Of a DNA stretch of 64,000 bases, positions 1 to 9,962 are shown in pieces. Below the pieces are notes generated by a model. The model did no database searches. It saw nothing but the letters and a program-made list of their open reading frames with translations, and was not told the DNA's origin. The number at the start of each line of letters is the position of its first letter. Within the stretch, counting starts at the first letter, position 1. The stretch is taken from positions 46,440 through 110,439 of the forward strand of contig NZ_AUWY01000019.1 in NCBI RefSeq assembly GCF_000447205.1, in the 5' to 3' direction. This DNA is from Sphingobium ummariense RL-3. GTDB lineage: Bacteria > Pseudomonadota > Alphaproteobacteria > Sphingomonadales > Sphingomonadaceae. A program made the position numbers and the translations under genes.

Positions 1-24
1 CAAGCGATCGGATCGGAACGATGG

Positions 25-327
25 TCAGTTCTGTTTCAGCATGTCCAGTGCGTCGCGCAGCCGGCGCAGTGCGCGCGGATCACCGGGCGCGGTTTCCGCC
101 GCCTCGTCGGCCAGCACCATCAGGCCGGTCAGGCCGAAGCTCGCCGCCAGCCCCTTGAGCCGCCACGCCGCCAGAGACCAGTTGGCGTCGCACCGCGCCC
201 GTCCCAGCAGGTCCAGCTGCCTTTCGGCGCTTTCCATGAAGGCGAAACGAAGTTCGGCGATCAGGCCGCTGTCATCGCCGACAGCAGCGGCTAGGGCCGC
301 GTGGAGAGCGCCTGGATCGTAGGACAT
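25..327 (-). CDS. Hpt-like (histidine phosphotransfer-like) domain protein, 100 aa. The phosphoacceptor His appears replaced (AWRLKGLAASFG instead of the H-x-LKG motif).
   Basis: ORF translation shows the Hpt-type four-helix pattern and the xRLKGxAxxFG motif. Assignment by motif recall only. Confidence 0.35.
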   Translation of the reverse strand: MSYDPGALHAALAAAVGDDSGLIAELRFAFMESAERQLDLLGRARCDANWSLAAWRLKGLAASFGLTGLMVLADEAAETAPGDPRALRRLRDALDMLKQN

Positions 328-406
328 GGGTCGGACGGTAGCGTGCTCACGTTAAGTTTTGGTAACAAGGCATTTTCGTGTGACGAAAAGATGCTAGGAT
401 GGTGAC

Positions 407-3073
407 ATGAGCGGGGGTAGCACCATCATCGAATTCTGGCGCGACGATCAGCAGCCAGCCCAACCGGCACCGGCATCGGAAGACGTATTGCTGTTAAAAC
501 AGGCGGTTCTGGACATCGAAGAGGACTCTGCGGAGGAAGAGGCGGGGCGCGACGGCACGCGGATTGCCCGCTTCATCCTGATCGGCCTAGGCATCGTCTG
601 GCTGGCCTTGGCTGCCTGGACCACCTGGCGCGCGCCGCCCGCGACCGCGCAGGACTGGCTTTCGACCCTGTCGACGCTGCTTATCCCGCTGCTGCTGCTC
701 GGCATCGCCTATCTGCTCCTCGCCCGCAACAGCCGGGCCGAATCCCGCCGTTTCCTGGACACCGCCCGCGCCCTGCGCACGGAAGCGGACCTGCTGGAAC
801 TGCGCCTCGGCCGTATCGCCACCCAGCTTGAAACCGCGCGGCGGAGCATGCAGGAGCAGGCGGAACTGCTCGACAGCTATGGCGCCGCCGCCAGCAGCAA
901 TATGGAGGCATCGGCCGAACTGATCGCCGGCCGCTCGCACAGCGCCGCCGAACGCGCCGAAACTGCGGAACGCGCCGCCCTTGGACTGGTCGAGCAGATG
1001 AACACCCTGCTCGATCGCATTCCCGCGCTGGAGGAGCGCACCAGCGGGATCGCCGCGCAGATCATGGACAATGGCCATGCCCTGTCGGAGCGGATCGACA
1101 CGCTGGAGGCGCGCCTGCACGCCCTGGCGGAACTGTCCGACGAAGCCCGTGCCCGCACTCTTTCCGCGACAAAGAGCTTGTCGAACCAGCTTCACCAGCT
1201 TCAGGAGGCGACCCGCTCCGCGAGCGACGAAGTGTCCGGCCTCGCTGATCTCGCTTCCGGCCGGATCGAGGCGACGGCGCAGGGCGCCCGCACCGCAATG
1301 GATGCCAGCCGCGCCGCGATCGAAGACCACAGTGCCGCTCTGGGCGCGCTGGTCGAACGCGCGCAGGAGGGCATCGGCGCGACGAGCGGCCAGGCAATCG
1401 CCAGCCTGTCGAGCGATCTCGCCACGATCGAGGAAGGCCTGCAGCAGCGGCTTCAGGACATGACGGACCGGCTGCGCGCGACCATGGCCGCGGTCGATGC
1501 GGATCTGGCGAGCCAGCGGGAAGCGCTCGATGCGCTGGTCGATCGAACGCAAGCCCATATGGCGTCTCTCGGCCAGACCGCCGCGGCGACGCTGGAGCAG
1601 GATCTCGCCTCCGCCGAATCCGGTCTGCGCCGCCGTCTCGACGCCACGCTCGCCGCCGTGAAGACGGGAATGGCGGACACCGACGCCGGCCTGTCGCGCC
1701 AGACCGCCGAGATCAACGCGCTAGTCGCCGACGCCGGTGGACGGATGCAGGCCATCGGCCAGGATACGATCGAGGGTCTTGCCCACGCCGTTGCCGGCAT
1801 TGAGGATCGCCTGCGCAGCATCGACGCGCTGCTCCAGGGCCAGAAGGCGCTGACGGCAGAGCTTCATTCCACCCTTGCCGACGCCGCCGAAACCGCCGAT
1901 GAGCGCTTCGCCCGGCTGGAGCAGACGGCATTGGCGCGCAGTGCGCGGCTGACCGATGCGCTGGCGAACCTGACGGCGGAAACCCAGCGGATCGACGGCG
2001 CGCTGGCGGCCGGCGGCGTGACCGGCGAAAAGCTGATCGCCTGCGCCGAAACGCTGCTCGTCGCGCTGGATTCCAGCGTCCGTGAACTGGACGAGACCTA
2101 CCCCGCGGCACTGACCCGCTTCGAGGCGCGGCTCGAAAGGAGCCAGAACCTGCTCGCCAGCACCGCGCCGGAGATGGAGCGGCTGGAGGCGATCTCCGAA
2201 GCCTTTGCCGGCCGCACGCAGGAGGCCGAGGAGATGCTGCGCGGCCAGGGCGCACGCCTGACCGAATGGCTGGAAAGCACCCAGAACGGGCTGGAGGCCA
2301 ACCGCCAGCTGGTCGAGCGCCTGCGCGGTGCGCTGGACGATGCGCACAAGGACGCGAACCGCATCACCGAAGGGGCCGCGCCCCTGCTGGTGACGGCGCT
2401 GCTGCGCGTCAAGGAAACGGCCGAACAGGCCGCCGAGCGCGCGCGCCAGGCGCTGGGCCGGGCCATCCCCGATGCGGCGCAGTCGCTGGCCGACGCCAGC
2501 GAGATCGCGATGCGCAGCGTCATGGAGGATCGCATCATGGCGCAGATCCAGCAGGTCGCCGCGGTCGCGGAGGAGGCCGTCAAGGCCGCGCACCACGCGT
2601 CGGACCGGCTGATGCGCCAGCTCCTCACCATCGCCGACACCAGCGCCAATGTGGAAAAACGCATCGAGGATGCGGAGCGGGAGGCGCAGGATCGCGACCT
2701 TGACCATTTCGCCCGCCGATCCGCGGTGCTGATCGAATCGCTCAACAGCACCGCGATCGACGTCACCAAGATCCTGTCCAACGACGTCACCGACGCGGAA
2801 TGGGCGGCCTATCTGAAGGGCGACCGGGGCGTCTTCACGCGGCGGGCTGTCCGCCTTCTCGATGCCGGCGAATCGCGCGAGATCGCGCTGCACTATGACG
2901 AAGACGCCGAGTTCCGCGAGCATGTGAACCGCTACATCCATGATTTCGAATCGATGCTGCGGGTCATCCTTTCGGCCCGCGACGGCAATGCGCTGGGCGT
3001 CGCCATCCTGTCGTCCGACATGGGCAAGCTCTATGTTGCGCTGGCGCAGGCGATCGAGCGGCTTCGGCAGTAG
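407..3073 (+). CDS. Large coiled-coil protein (888 aa) with two N-terminal transmembrane segments and an Ala/Leu/Glu/Arg-rich heptad-repeat body
   Basis: Uninterrupted 888-codon ORF with GC3-rich codon usage. Hydrophobic stretches IARFILIGLGIVWLALAAW and LSTLSTLLIPLLLLGIAYLLLA sit at residues 53-105. Long low-complexity A/L/E/R/Q repeats follow. A plausible SD (aggatgg) lies upstream of the ATG. Confidence 0.6.
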   Translation: MSGGSTIIEFWRDDQQPAQPAPASEDVLLLKQAVLDIEEDSAEEEAGRDGTRIARFILIGLGIVWLALAAWTTWRAPPATAQDWLSTLSTLLIPLLLLGIAYLLLARNSRAESRRFLDTARALRTEADLLELRLGRIATQLETARRSMQEQAELLDSYGAAASSNMEASAELIAGRSHSAAERAETAERAALGLVEQMNTLLDRIPALEERTSGIAAQIMDNGHALSERIDTLEARLHALAELSDEARARTLSATKSLSNQLHQLQEATRSASDEVSGLADLASGRIEATAQGARTAMDASRAAIEDHSAALGALVERAQEGIGATSGQAIASLSSDLATIEEGLQQRLQDMTDRLRATMAAVDADLASQREALDALVDRTQAHMASLGQTAAATLEQDLASAESGLRRRLDATLAAVKTGMADTDAGLSRQTAEINALVADAGGRMQAIGQDTIEGLAHAVAGIEDRLRSIDALLQGQKALTAELHSTLADAAETADERFARLEQTALARSARLTDALANLTAETQRIDGALAAGGVTGEKLIACAETLLVALDSSVRELDETYPAALTRFEARLERSQNLLASTAPEMERLEAISEAFAGRTQEAEEMLRGQGARLTEWLESTQNGLEANRQLVERLRGALDDAHKDANRITEGAAPLLVTALLRVKETAEQAAERARQALGRAIPDAAQSLADASEIAMRSVMEDRIMAQIQQVAAVAEEAVKAAHHASDRLMRQLLTIADTSANVEKRIEDAEREAQDRDLDHFARRSAVLIESLNSTAIDVTKILSNDVTDAEWAAYLKGDRGVFTRRAVRLLDAGESREIALHYDEDAEFREHVNRYIHDFESMLRVILSARDGNALGVAILSSDMGKLYVALAQAIERLRQ

Positions 3074-3078
3074 GTCTA

Positions 3079-3103
3079 TGTTTCCTCGGAGCCCGCTCCC
3101 GAG
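3079..3103. terminator. GC-rich hairpin (cctcggagcccgctcccgagg) between the convergent coiled-coil gene and the GNAT gene; likely a bidirectional terminator
   Basis: Inverted repeat seen directly between two convergent stop codons. Confidence 0.4.
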
Positions 3104-3106
3104 GGC

Positions 3107-3553
3107 TTATCCGATCCGTTTGCGGAAATAGACGACCCGCTCGGTCTCCTCGAAGCCGATGGCGCGATAGAAAGCGTGGCTGGCCAGGTTCGTGATGTCC
3201 GCATCGGACGCCAGTTCGGTGCAGCCCTGCCCGCCGCCCCATTGCTCGACGGCGGCGACCAGGGCACGGGCGACCGCCTCGCCGCGATGTGCGGGCTCTA
3301 CATAGAGCCCTTCGACGAAGGCTACCGGGCTGCTGTCGCATCCGTTGACATAGTCATGCCGCAACACCGCCTCGACAAAGCCTATGGGCCGATCCGCCAG
3401 GTCGAGCGCCACGAAGGCGACCTGACCCCCGCCGACCTCCAGCATCGCCCGCGCCTCATCCCGGTGCCCGGCAACGCCCTCTTCCGGCCACAGCGCGTTG
3501 CGCATACGCGCCCAATGGTGGAGATGCGCATGCCCGGCAGGGACGACACGCAC
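3107..3553 (-). CDS. GNAT N-acetyltransferase with strong similarity to aminoglycoside 6'-N-acetyltransferase AAC(6')-I proteins
   Basis: The translation carries blocks shared with AAC(6')-Ig/-Iz-type enzymes as recalled from memory: LRHDYVNGcdSSPVAFVEGLYVeP, CTELASDADI and GFEETERVVYFRKRIG at the C-terminus. Confidence 0.7.
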   Translation of the reverse strand: MRVVPAGHAHLHHWARMRNALWPEEGVAGHRDEARAMLEVGGGQVAFVALDLADRPIGFVEAVLRHDYVNGCDSSPVAFVEGLYVEPAHRGEAVARALVAAVEQWGGGQGCTELASDADITNLASHAFYRAIGFEETERVVYFRKRIG

Positions 3554-3562
3554 AGCCGCCGC

Positions 3563-3832
3563 TCAGCCCGCCCGGTGGAGGGCGGAAAACCGATCCATCG
3601 TCACCCAGCCCTCGACATAATTGGCATAATAGAGGCCGAACAGCACCGCCGACAGGATAGTCGTGCGCACCACCACGCGCCACGGCCGGAAGTTGCTCGG
3701 CGCGCTGTCGGCCTGCCCCTTCAGCAGCACCTCGCCCGTCTCGTCTGGAGTGCGGATGCCGAAGGGCAGCATGATGAAGCCGCTCAGCACCCAGAAGAGG
3801 AAATAGATGGCAAGGATCGCGTACCAGTTCAT
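3563..3832 (-). CDS. Small membrane protein, DUF1467-like (89 aa, two predicted TM helices)
   Basis: Hydrophobic ORF tightly packed between rnj and the GNAT gene on the same strand. Confidence 0.55.
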   Translation of the reverse strand: MNWYAILAIYFLFWVLSGFIMLPFGIRTPDETGEVLLKGQADSAPSNFRPWRVVVRTTILSAVLFGLYYANYVEGWVTMDRFSALHRAG

Positions 3833-3841
3833 GGGCCCGGC

Positions 3842-5479
3842 TTACGCCTGAATCAGCAGGACATCCACCACCGGCTTTTTGCCGGTCCAGCGCGTCGCCG
3901 TGCGGCGGACGGCCAGGCGGACGCGCTCGCGTAGCGCCTCCTGATCCTTCGATCCCTTGTTCAGCGCCTCGGCCGCTTCCCCAGCCGCCTCCTCCAGGAA
4001 GGCCGCCTTGTCCTCCTCCACCGGCACGCCCTGCGTGCGCAGCGTGGGGCAACCGACCAGTCGTCCCTTGCCGTCCAGCGCCAGCGCGACGCTGATCTGG
4101 CCATGCAGGGCGACCCTGCGCCGCTCGTTCATCGTCGCGCCGTCAGCCGGCAGGATCACGTCCCCGTCCAGCACCAGCCGGCCGACCCCTTCCTTGCCGA
4201 TGATCGCCGGTGCGCCCGGCGCCAGCCGCAGCAGGTCGCCGTTCGACTGGACGACGGCATGGGGCACGCCGGTCGCCAGGCCCAGCCGCGCCTGTTCCGC
4301 CATGTGCCGCCGCTCGCCGTGAACGGGCAGCAGGATCTGCGGCCTGATCCAGCGGTACATGGCTTCCAGTTCGGGGCGACCGGGATGGCCCGACACATGG
4401 ACGTCCGCCTGCTTGTCGGTCACCATCAGGATGCCGCGCGTCGCCAACTCGTTCTGGATGCGACCGATGGCGATCTCATTGCCCGGGATCTGCTTGGAGG
4501 AGAAGACGACCAGATCGCCCTCGTCCAGCTTGATCGGGTGCATGCCGAAGGCAATGCGCGCCAGCGCCGCCCGCGCCTCGCCCTGCCCGCCGGTCGCGAT
4601 GATCATCACCTCGCTCCTGGGCAGGTCCATGACATCGTCCCAATCGACGGTCGGCGGGAAATCCTTGAGATAGCCGGCCGCCTTGGCGGTCGAGATGATC
4701 CGGTCGAGCGAACGCCCCGCGACGCAAAGCTTGCGGCCGGTCGCGTGCGCCACCTCGCCCAGGGTCTGGAGCCGCGCCGCATTGGAGGCAAAGGTCGTGA
4801 CCAGCACGCGCCCCTTCGCGCCCGCGATCGTCTGGAGCAGCCCCTCGCGGACATCGCCTTCCGACCCGCTCGCCTGGGGGTTGAAGACATTGGTGCTGTC
4901 GCAGACCAGCGCCAGCACGCCCTGATCGCCGATCGCGGTGAGCTCTTCAGGCGTGGAGGGCGTCCCGAGCAGCGGCTGCTCGTCCAGCTTCCAATCGCCG
5001 GTGTGGAACACGCGGCCATAGGGCGTCTCGATCAGCAGGGCGTTGCCTTCGGGAATCGAATGGGCGAGCGGCATGTAGCGGAAGCCGAAAGGCCCCAGCG
5101 CGAAACTGCCCTCATTGTCGATGACGTTGAGCTCGACCTCTTCCGAAAGCCCCTCCTCGTCCAGCTTCTGGCGGATGAGGCCCGCCGTGAAAGGCGTCGC
5201 ATAGAGCGGCACGCCCAGGTCGGCGGCCAGATAGGGGATGGCGCCGATATGGTCCTCATGCCCATGGGTGAGGACGATGCCGAGCAGGTCGTCGCGCCGC
5301 TCCTCGATGAAGGACAGGTCGGGCAGCACCAGCTCCACGCCGGGATAGGCCGGATCGGCGAAGGTCAGGCCGAGGTCGACCATCACCCATTTGCCCTGGG
5401 ATCCATAAAGATTGACGTTCATGCCGATCTCGCCCGACCCGCCAAGGGCCAGGAAGAGCAGCTCGTTTCCAGGTGTCAT
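3842..5479 (-). CDS. rnj: Ribonuclease J (metallo-beta-lactamase/beta-CASP RNase)
   Basis: HGHEDHIGAIPY metal-binding motif and beta-CASP layout in a 545-aa protein. Its start overlaps the coaX stop by 1 nt. Confidence 0.9.
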   Translation of the reverse strand: MTPGNELLFLALGGSGEIGMNVNLYGSQGKWVMVDLGLTFADPAYPGVELVLPDLSFIEERRDDLLGIVLTHGHEDHIGAIPYLAADLGVPLYATPFTAGLIRQKLDEEGLSEEVELNVIDNEGSFALGPFGFRYMPLAHSIPEGNALLIETPYGRVFHTGDWKLDEQPLLGTPSTPEELTAIGDQGVLALVCDSTNVFNPQASGSEGDVREGLLQTIAGAKGRVLVTTFASNAARLQTLGEVAHATGRKLCVAGRSLDRIISTAKAAGYLKDFPPTVDWDDVMDLPRSEVMIIATGGQGEARAALARIAFGMHPIKLDEGDLVVFSSKQIPGNEIAIGRIQNELATRGILMVTDKQADVHVSGHPGRPELEAMYRWIRPQILLPVHGERRHMAEQARLGLATGVPHAVVQSNGDLLRLAPGAPAIIGKEGVGRLVLDGDVILPADGATMNERRRVALHGQISVALALDGKGRLVGCPTLRTQGVPVEEDKAAFLEEAAGEAAEALNKGSKDQEALRERVRLAVRRTATRWTGKKPVVDVLLIQA

Positions 5480-6258
5480 TATGCGTTCAAACTCCGTTCG
5501 TGCAGCAGCGCGAGGCCCTGGATCGTCAGGTCCGGCGCTATCGCATCGAAAATATCGCTGTTGTCGTTGAAGAGGACCGCAAGGCCCCCCGTTGAAATTA
5601 CCTTGGTCGGGCGGCCGATTTCGGCCCGCATCCGCGCCACCAGCCCCTCCATCATCGCCACATAGCCCCAGAAGACGCCGATATGCATCTGCGCTTCCGT
5701 AGTGCGACCGATAACCGACCGGTTCTCCGGCGGGGCGATCGCGATCTTCGGCAGCTTCGCCGCCGCCGCGACCAGCGCGTCGAGCGACAGGTTGATGCCC
5801 GGTGCGATGATCCCGCCCTTATACGCGCCCCGATAATCGACCACGTCGAACGTCGTCGCAGTGCCGAAGTCGATGACGATCAGGTCGCCTTCGTACAGAT
5901 GGTGGGCGGCGATGGTGTTTACAACCCGATCCGCGCCCACGGAGGCGGGCTCGGCCACGTCGAGCTCTATCCCCCACTCCACCGGCGCCTGCCCGGCCAC
6001 CAACGCCTTGGTCTTGAAATATTTGTCGGCCAGCACCTGCAGGTTGTGGAGCGCGCGCGGCACCACCGTGGCGATGATGACGGCATGCACGTCGCCAATG
6101 GCATAGCCTTCCAGCATCAGCAGCTGGTTGAGCCAGACAGCATATTCGTCCGCGGTGCGGCGCGGATCGGTGGCGATCCGCCAGCGCGCGCGAATTTCCT
6201 GCCCATCCAGCAGCGCGAAAACCACATTGGTATTGCCCGCGTCGATAGCGAGAAGCAT
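5479..6258 (-). CDS. coaX: Type III pantothenate kinase
   Basis: The [17 protein letters not shown]-terminus is typical of CoaX. The start is taken at the internal ATG at 6258; the ORF track extends it to 6321. Confidence 0.85.
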   Translation of the reverse strand: MLLAIDAGNTNVVFALLDGQEIRARWRIATDPRRTADEYAVWLNQLLMLEGYAIGDVHAVIIATVVPRALHNLQVLADKYFKTKALVAGQAPVEWGIELDVAEPASVGADRVVNTIAAHHLYEGDLIVIDFGTATTFDVVDYRGAYKGGIIAPGINLSLDALVAAAAKLPKIAIAPPENRSVIGRTTEAQMHIGVFWGYVAMMEGLVARMRAEIGRPTKVISTGGLAVLFNDNSDIFDAIAPDLTIQGLALLHERSLNA

Positions 6259-6274
6259 GGCCCGTCCCCGGTCG

Positions 6275-6934
6275 TCAGATGAGATGGATATCGCCGGCAT
6301 GAATGGCACGCGCGTCGCCATTCGCCAAGCGCAGGATGAGCGCGCCTTGCAGGTCGAGTGCCTCGAAGCGGCCCTCGATCACCGTACCGTCGGGCTGCGC
6401 GATCCGCATGGGCGTGCCGGGCGGATGGGCGTTGAGCAGCCAGTGCGTCCGCACCGGATCGATCCCCTGCGCGCGCCAGACCGCCAGCCAGTGCGCGAAG
6501 ACCTCTGCCAGCCGCTCCAGCAACGCACCTGCGTCCGCTTCGGCGGCGCCCTGTGCGGCGAGGCTCGTCACCGGCCGGTCCAGCCCCTCGGGATGACCGG
6601 CGACATTGGCGCCGATCCCCACGACCACCGCATCCCCCGCACGCTCCAGCAGGATGCCGGCGATCTTGGCCCCGTCGACCAATATGTCGTTGGGCCATTT
6701 GATGCGGGCCTGTCCTGCGCACAGCGGGGCGACCAGCGCATGGACGGCATTGGCGGCCACCAGGGCCAGGCTGTGGGCGGGCGGATCGTCCGTCCTCACC
6801 CGCACCAGCGTCGAACAATGGAGGTTGCCGGCGGGGCTATCCCAGTTCCGCCCCATCCGGCCGCGGCCGCCGGTCTGCCGGCCGGCCCGCAACCAGCTTC
6901 CTTCCGCTATCCCCTGCCCCGCCAGCGCCAGCAT
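6275..6934 (-). CDS. birA: Biotin--[acetyl-CoA-carboxylase] ligase, catalytic domain only with no HTH
   Basis: GRGRxGRxW and [19 protein letters not shown] motifs. Sits in the conserved nuoN-birA-coaX-rnj order. Confidence 0.8.
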   Translation of the reverse strand: MLALAGQGIAEGSWLRAGRQTGGRGRMGRNWDSPAGNLHCSTLVRVRTDDPPAHSLALVAANAVHALVAPLCAGQARIKWPNDILVDGAKIAGILLERAGDAVVVGIGANVAGHPEGLDRPVTSLAAQGAAEADAGALLERLAEVFAHWLAVWRAQGIDPVRTHWLLNAHPPGTPMRIAQPDGTVIEGRFEALDLQGALILRLANGDARAIHAGDIHLI

Positions 6935-6972
6935 GTCGGCGTTGGTGGAGCCGGTTTCCTCGACGAAGCGGA

Positions 6973-8409
6973 TCAGAACAGCGACGCCGCCGCCGCCGCG
7001 CTCGCCCGGTCCAGCACGGGGTTGAGCAGATAGCCGAAGACGATCACCGCAGCGCAGGCCGCCATGATGACATTCTCGACCGCGCCGCCCTTCGCCTCAT
7101 AGGCGGCGGCCGGCTCGTCGAAATAGATCGTCTTGATGATCTTCAGATAATAATAGGCGCCGATCACCGAAGCCGCGATGCCGAACGCCGCGAGCGCCGT
7201 CAGATTCGCCGCCACCGCCGCATCGAACACCAGGAACTTCGCCCAGAAGCCGAAGAGCGGCGGGATGCCGGCCATGGAGAACATGAAGATGGCGAAGGCG
7301 GCCGCCAGGCCCTTGCGGGACTGCGACAGGCCGGCAAGGCTGGCGATGCTCTCCACCGGATTGCCGTCGGCGTCGCGCATCTGCAGGATGCAGGCGAAGC
7401 CGCCGATCGTCATCACGACGTAGATCGCCATGTAGCTCATCGTCGCGGCCGCGCCGGCGGGCGTGCCGGCGGCCAGGCCGATCAGCGCGAAGCCGACATT
7501 GTTGATCGACGAATAGGCCATCAGGCGCTTGATGTTGGTCTGGCCGATCGCCGCGACCGCGCCGAAGACGATGGAGGCGAGCGCGACGAAGATCACGATC
7601 TGCTGCCAGTCCAGCCCGGCGGGGCCGAGCGCCTCGATCGCGACGCGGACGGTCAGGCCCATGGCCGCAACCTTGGGCGCGCTGCCGAAGAAGGCGGTAA
7701 CCGGGGTCGGCGCGCCTTCGTACACGTCGGGCGTCCACATGTGGAACGGCACCGCGCTCATCTTGAAGGCAAGGCCCGCCAGCAGGAACACCATGCCGAA
7801 CAGTTCGCCCTTGCCCACGCCGTCGCTCATCGCCACGGCGATGCCGTCGAACGAGGTCGTGCCGGTAAAGCCGTAGAGCAGCGCCGTGCCGTAGAGCAGG
7901 ATGCCGCTCGCCAGCGATCCCAGCACGAAATATTTGAGGCCGGCTTCGGACGAACGCTCGTCCTGCCGCATGAAGCTGGCGAGGACATAGGCGGCAAGGC
8001 TCTGCATCTCCAGCCCGACATAGAGCGTCAGAAGGTCGCCGGCCGAAACCATCATGCCCATGCCGATGCTGCTGAACAGGATCAGCACCGGATATTCGGC
8101 GCGCAGCGCGCCGCCGGCAAGGAAGTAGCGGGGGGCGAGCAGGATCGCCGCCGCCGCGGCCGCATAGATCAGCGCCTTGGCATAGACGGAGAAGGCATCG
8201 GCCCGCACCAGCCCGTCAAAGGCGTCCGGCCCGTGCGCCAGCGAGCAGGCTAGCGCCGCGCCCGCCATGGCGAGGGTCAGCACCGACAGCCAGTTGACGA
8301 CCTGGGTCATGCGGTCGCCGCCAAAGGCAGCCACCAGCATCAGCGCCAGCCCGCCGACCGTCAGAATCAGTTCCGGCAGCACGGCCAGAAGGGAAGCGTG
8401 GTCGATCAT
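6973..8409 (-). CDS. nuoN: NADH-quinone oxidoreductase subunit N
   Basis: 478-aa polytopic membrane protein of the ND2/NuoN family; last gene of the nuo operon. Confidence 0.95.
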   Translation of the reverse strand: MIDHASLLAVLPELILTVGGLALMLVAAFGGDRMTQVVNWLSVLTLAMAGAALACSLAHGPDAFDGLVRADAFSVYAKALIYAAAAAAILLAPRYFLAGGALRAEYPVLILFSSIGMGMMVSAGDLLTLYVGLEMQSLAAYVLASFMRQDERSSEAGLKYFVLGSLASGILLYGTALLYGFTGTTSFDGIAVAMSDGVGKGELFGMVFLLAGLAFKMSAVPFHMWTPDVYEGAPTPVTAFFGSAPKVAAMGLTVRVAIEALGPAGLDWQQIVIFVALASIVFGAVAAIGQTNIKRLMAYSSINNVGFALIGLAAGTPAGAAATMSYMAIYVVMTIGGFACILQMRDADGNPVESIASLAGLSQSRKGLAAAFAIFMFSMAGIPPLFGFWAKFLVFDAAVAANLTALAAFGIAASVIGAYYYLKIIKTIYFDEPAAAYEAKGGAVENVIMAACAAVIVFGYLLNPVLDRASAAAAASLF

Positions 8410-9962
8410 CAGTGCGCCTCCCCGTGCGCGGATACTTCTTCATGATGTGCATCCCCGGCAGGACGAGGCGCACCCATCTTGATCTTGGAGTCACCCGCCG
8501 GCGCGGCAGGGGCGAGGCGCGCTTCGAGCGCGCGGATGTCCGGTCGCATCGGCGCCAGGAAGCTTTCGGGATAGACGCCCATCCACAGCACCGCGGCGGC
8601 GATCGGTGCCAGCAGCCAGACTTCCCGCATCGACAGGTCGGGCATGGCGGCCGCGTCGGCGTTCTTCTGCTCGCCATAGGCGATGCGACGGTAGAGGTAG
8701 AGCATGTATGCCGCGCCCAGGATGATGCCCGTGGTGCAGACCAGCGCCACCCAGCTCGACGCCTGGTAGATGCCCATCAGCGACAGGAATTCGCCGACGA
8801 AGTTGCTGGTGCCCGGCAGGCCGACCGACGCCATGGTGAACAGCAGGAACAGCACCGCATATTTCGGCATGTTGATGGCCAGGCCGCCATAGCGGCTGAT
8901 CTCGCGCGTGTGCAGCCGGTCGTAGATCACGCCGACGCACAGGAACAGCGCGCCCGACACCAGGCCGTGGCCCAGCATCACCATCATCGCGCCCTCGATG
9001 CCCGCCTGGTTGAACGCGAACAGGCCGACCGTCACGATCGCCATGTGCGCGACCGAGGAATAAGCGATCAGCTTCTTCATGTCGCTCTGCACCAGCGCGA
9101 CGAGGCTGGTATAGACCACCGCGACCATCGACAGCCCCCAGATCAGCCAGGCAAGCTGCGAGGACGCTTCCGGAAACATCGGGAGCGAGAAGCGGATGAA
9201 GCCGTATCCGCCCATCTTCAGCAGCACGCCCGCCAGAATGACCGAACCGGCGGTCGGCGCCTGCACGTGCGCGTCGGGCAGCCAGGTGTGGACCGGCCAC
9301 ATCGGCATCTTCACCGCGAAGCTGGCGAAGAAGGCCAGGAACAGCCAGGTCTGGACATGCGGGTCGAAGTTGTAGGCCATCAGCGTCGGGATGTCGGTCG
9401 TCCCGGCTTCATGCACCATCCACATCATCGCGATCAGCATCAGCACGGAGCCGAGCAGCGTGTAGAGGAAGAATTTGTAGCTGGCGTAGATGCGGTCCGC
9501 ACCGCCCCAGATGCCGATGATCAGGTACATCGGGATCAGGCCGGCTTCGAACATCACGTAGAAGAGGTAGAGATCCTGCGCCGCGAAGACGCCGATCATC
9601 AGCACCTCCATGAACAGGAAGGCGGCCATATATTCGCCGACCCGCTTCTCGATCGCCTGCCAGCTCGCACCGATGCAGATCGGCATCAGGAACACGGTGA
9701 GCGCGATCAGCATCAGCGCGATGCCGTCGATGCCCAGCGCCCAGGCGAAGCGCCCGAAGATCGGATAATATTCCTGGAACTGCCACTGTGCGCCGCCGCT
9801 CGACTGGTCGAAGCTGACCCACAGCAGGATGCCCAGGGCCAGGTCGATCAGGGTCGCGCCCAGCGCAATCCAGCGGGCGGCGTTCGCGCCTGCAAAAAGA
9901 CAGGCGATGGCCCCCGCCATCGGCACTGCCATCATCAGCGAAAGGATGGGGAAGCCGTCCAT
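8409..9962 (-). CDS. nuoM: NADH-quinone oxidoreductase subunit M
   Basis: 517-aa antiporter-like subunit with WLPDAHVQAPT. Its stop overlaps the nuoN start by 1 nt. Confidence 0.95.
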   Translation of the reverse strand: MDGFPILSLMMAVPMAGAIACLFAGANAARWIALGATLIDLALGILLWVSFDQSSGGAQWQFQEYYPIFGRFAWALGIDGIALMLIALTVFLMPICIGASWQAIEKRVGEYMAAFLFMEVLMIGVFAAQDLYLFYVMFEAGLIPMYLIIGIWGGADRIYASYKFFLYTLLGSVLMLIAMMWMVHEAGTTDIPTLMAYNFDPHVQTWLFLAFFASFAVKMPMWPVHTWLPDAHVQAPTAGSVILAGVLLKMGGYGFIRFSLPMFPEASSQLAWLIWGLSMVAVVYTSLVALVQSDMKKLIAYSSVAHMAIVTVGLFAFNQAGIEGAMMVMLGHGLVSGALFLCVGVIYDRLHTREISRYGGLAINMPKYAVLFLLFTMASVGLPGTSNFVGEFLSLMGIYQASSWVALVCTTGIILGAAYMLYLYRRIAYGEQKNADAAAMPDLSMREVWLLAPIAAAVLWMGVYPESFLAPMRPDIRALEARLAPAAPAGDSKIKMGAPRPAGDAHHEEVSAHGEAH

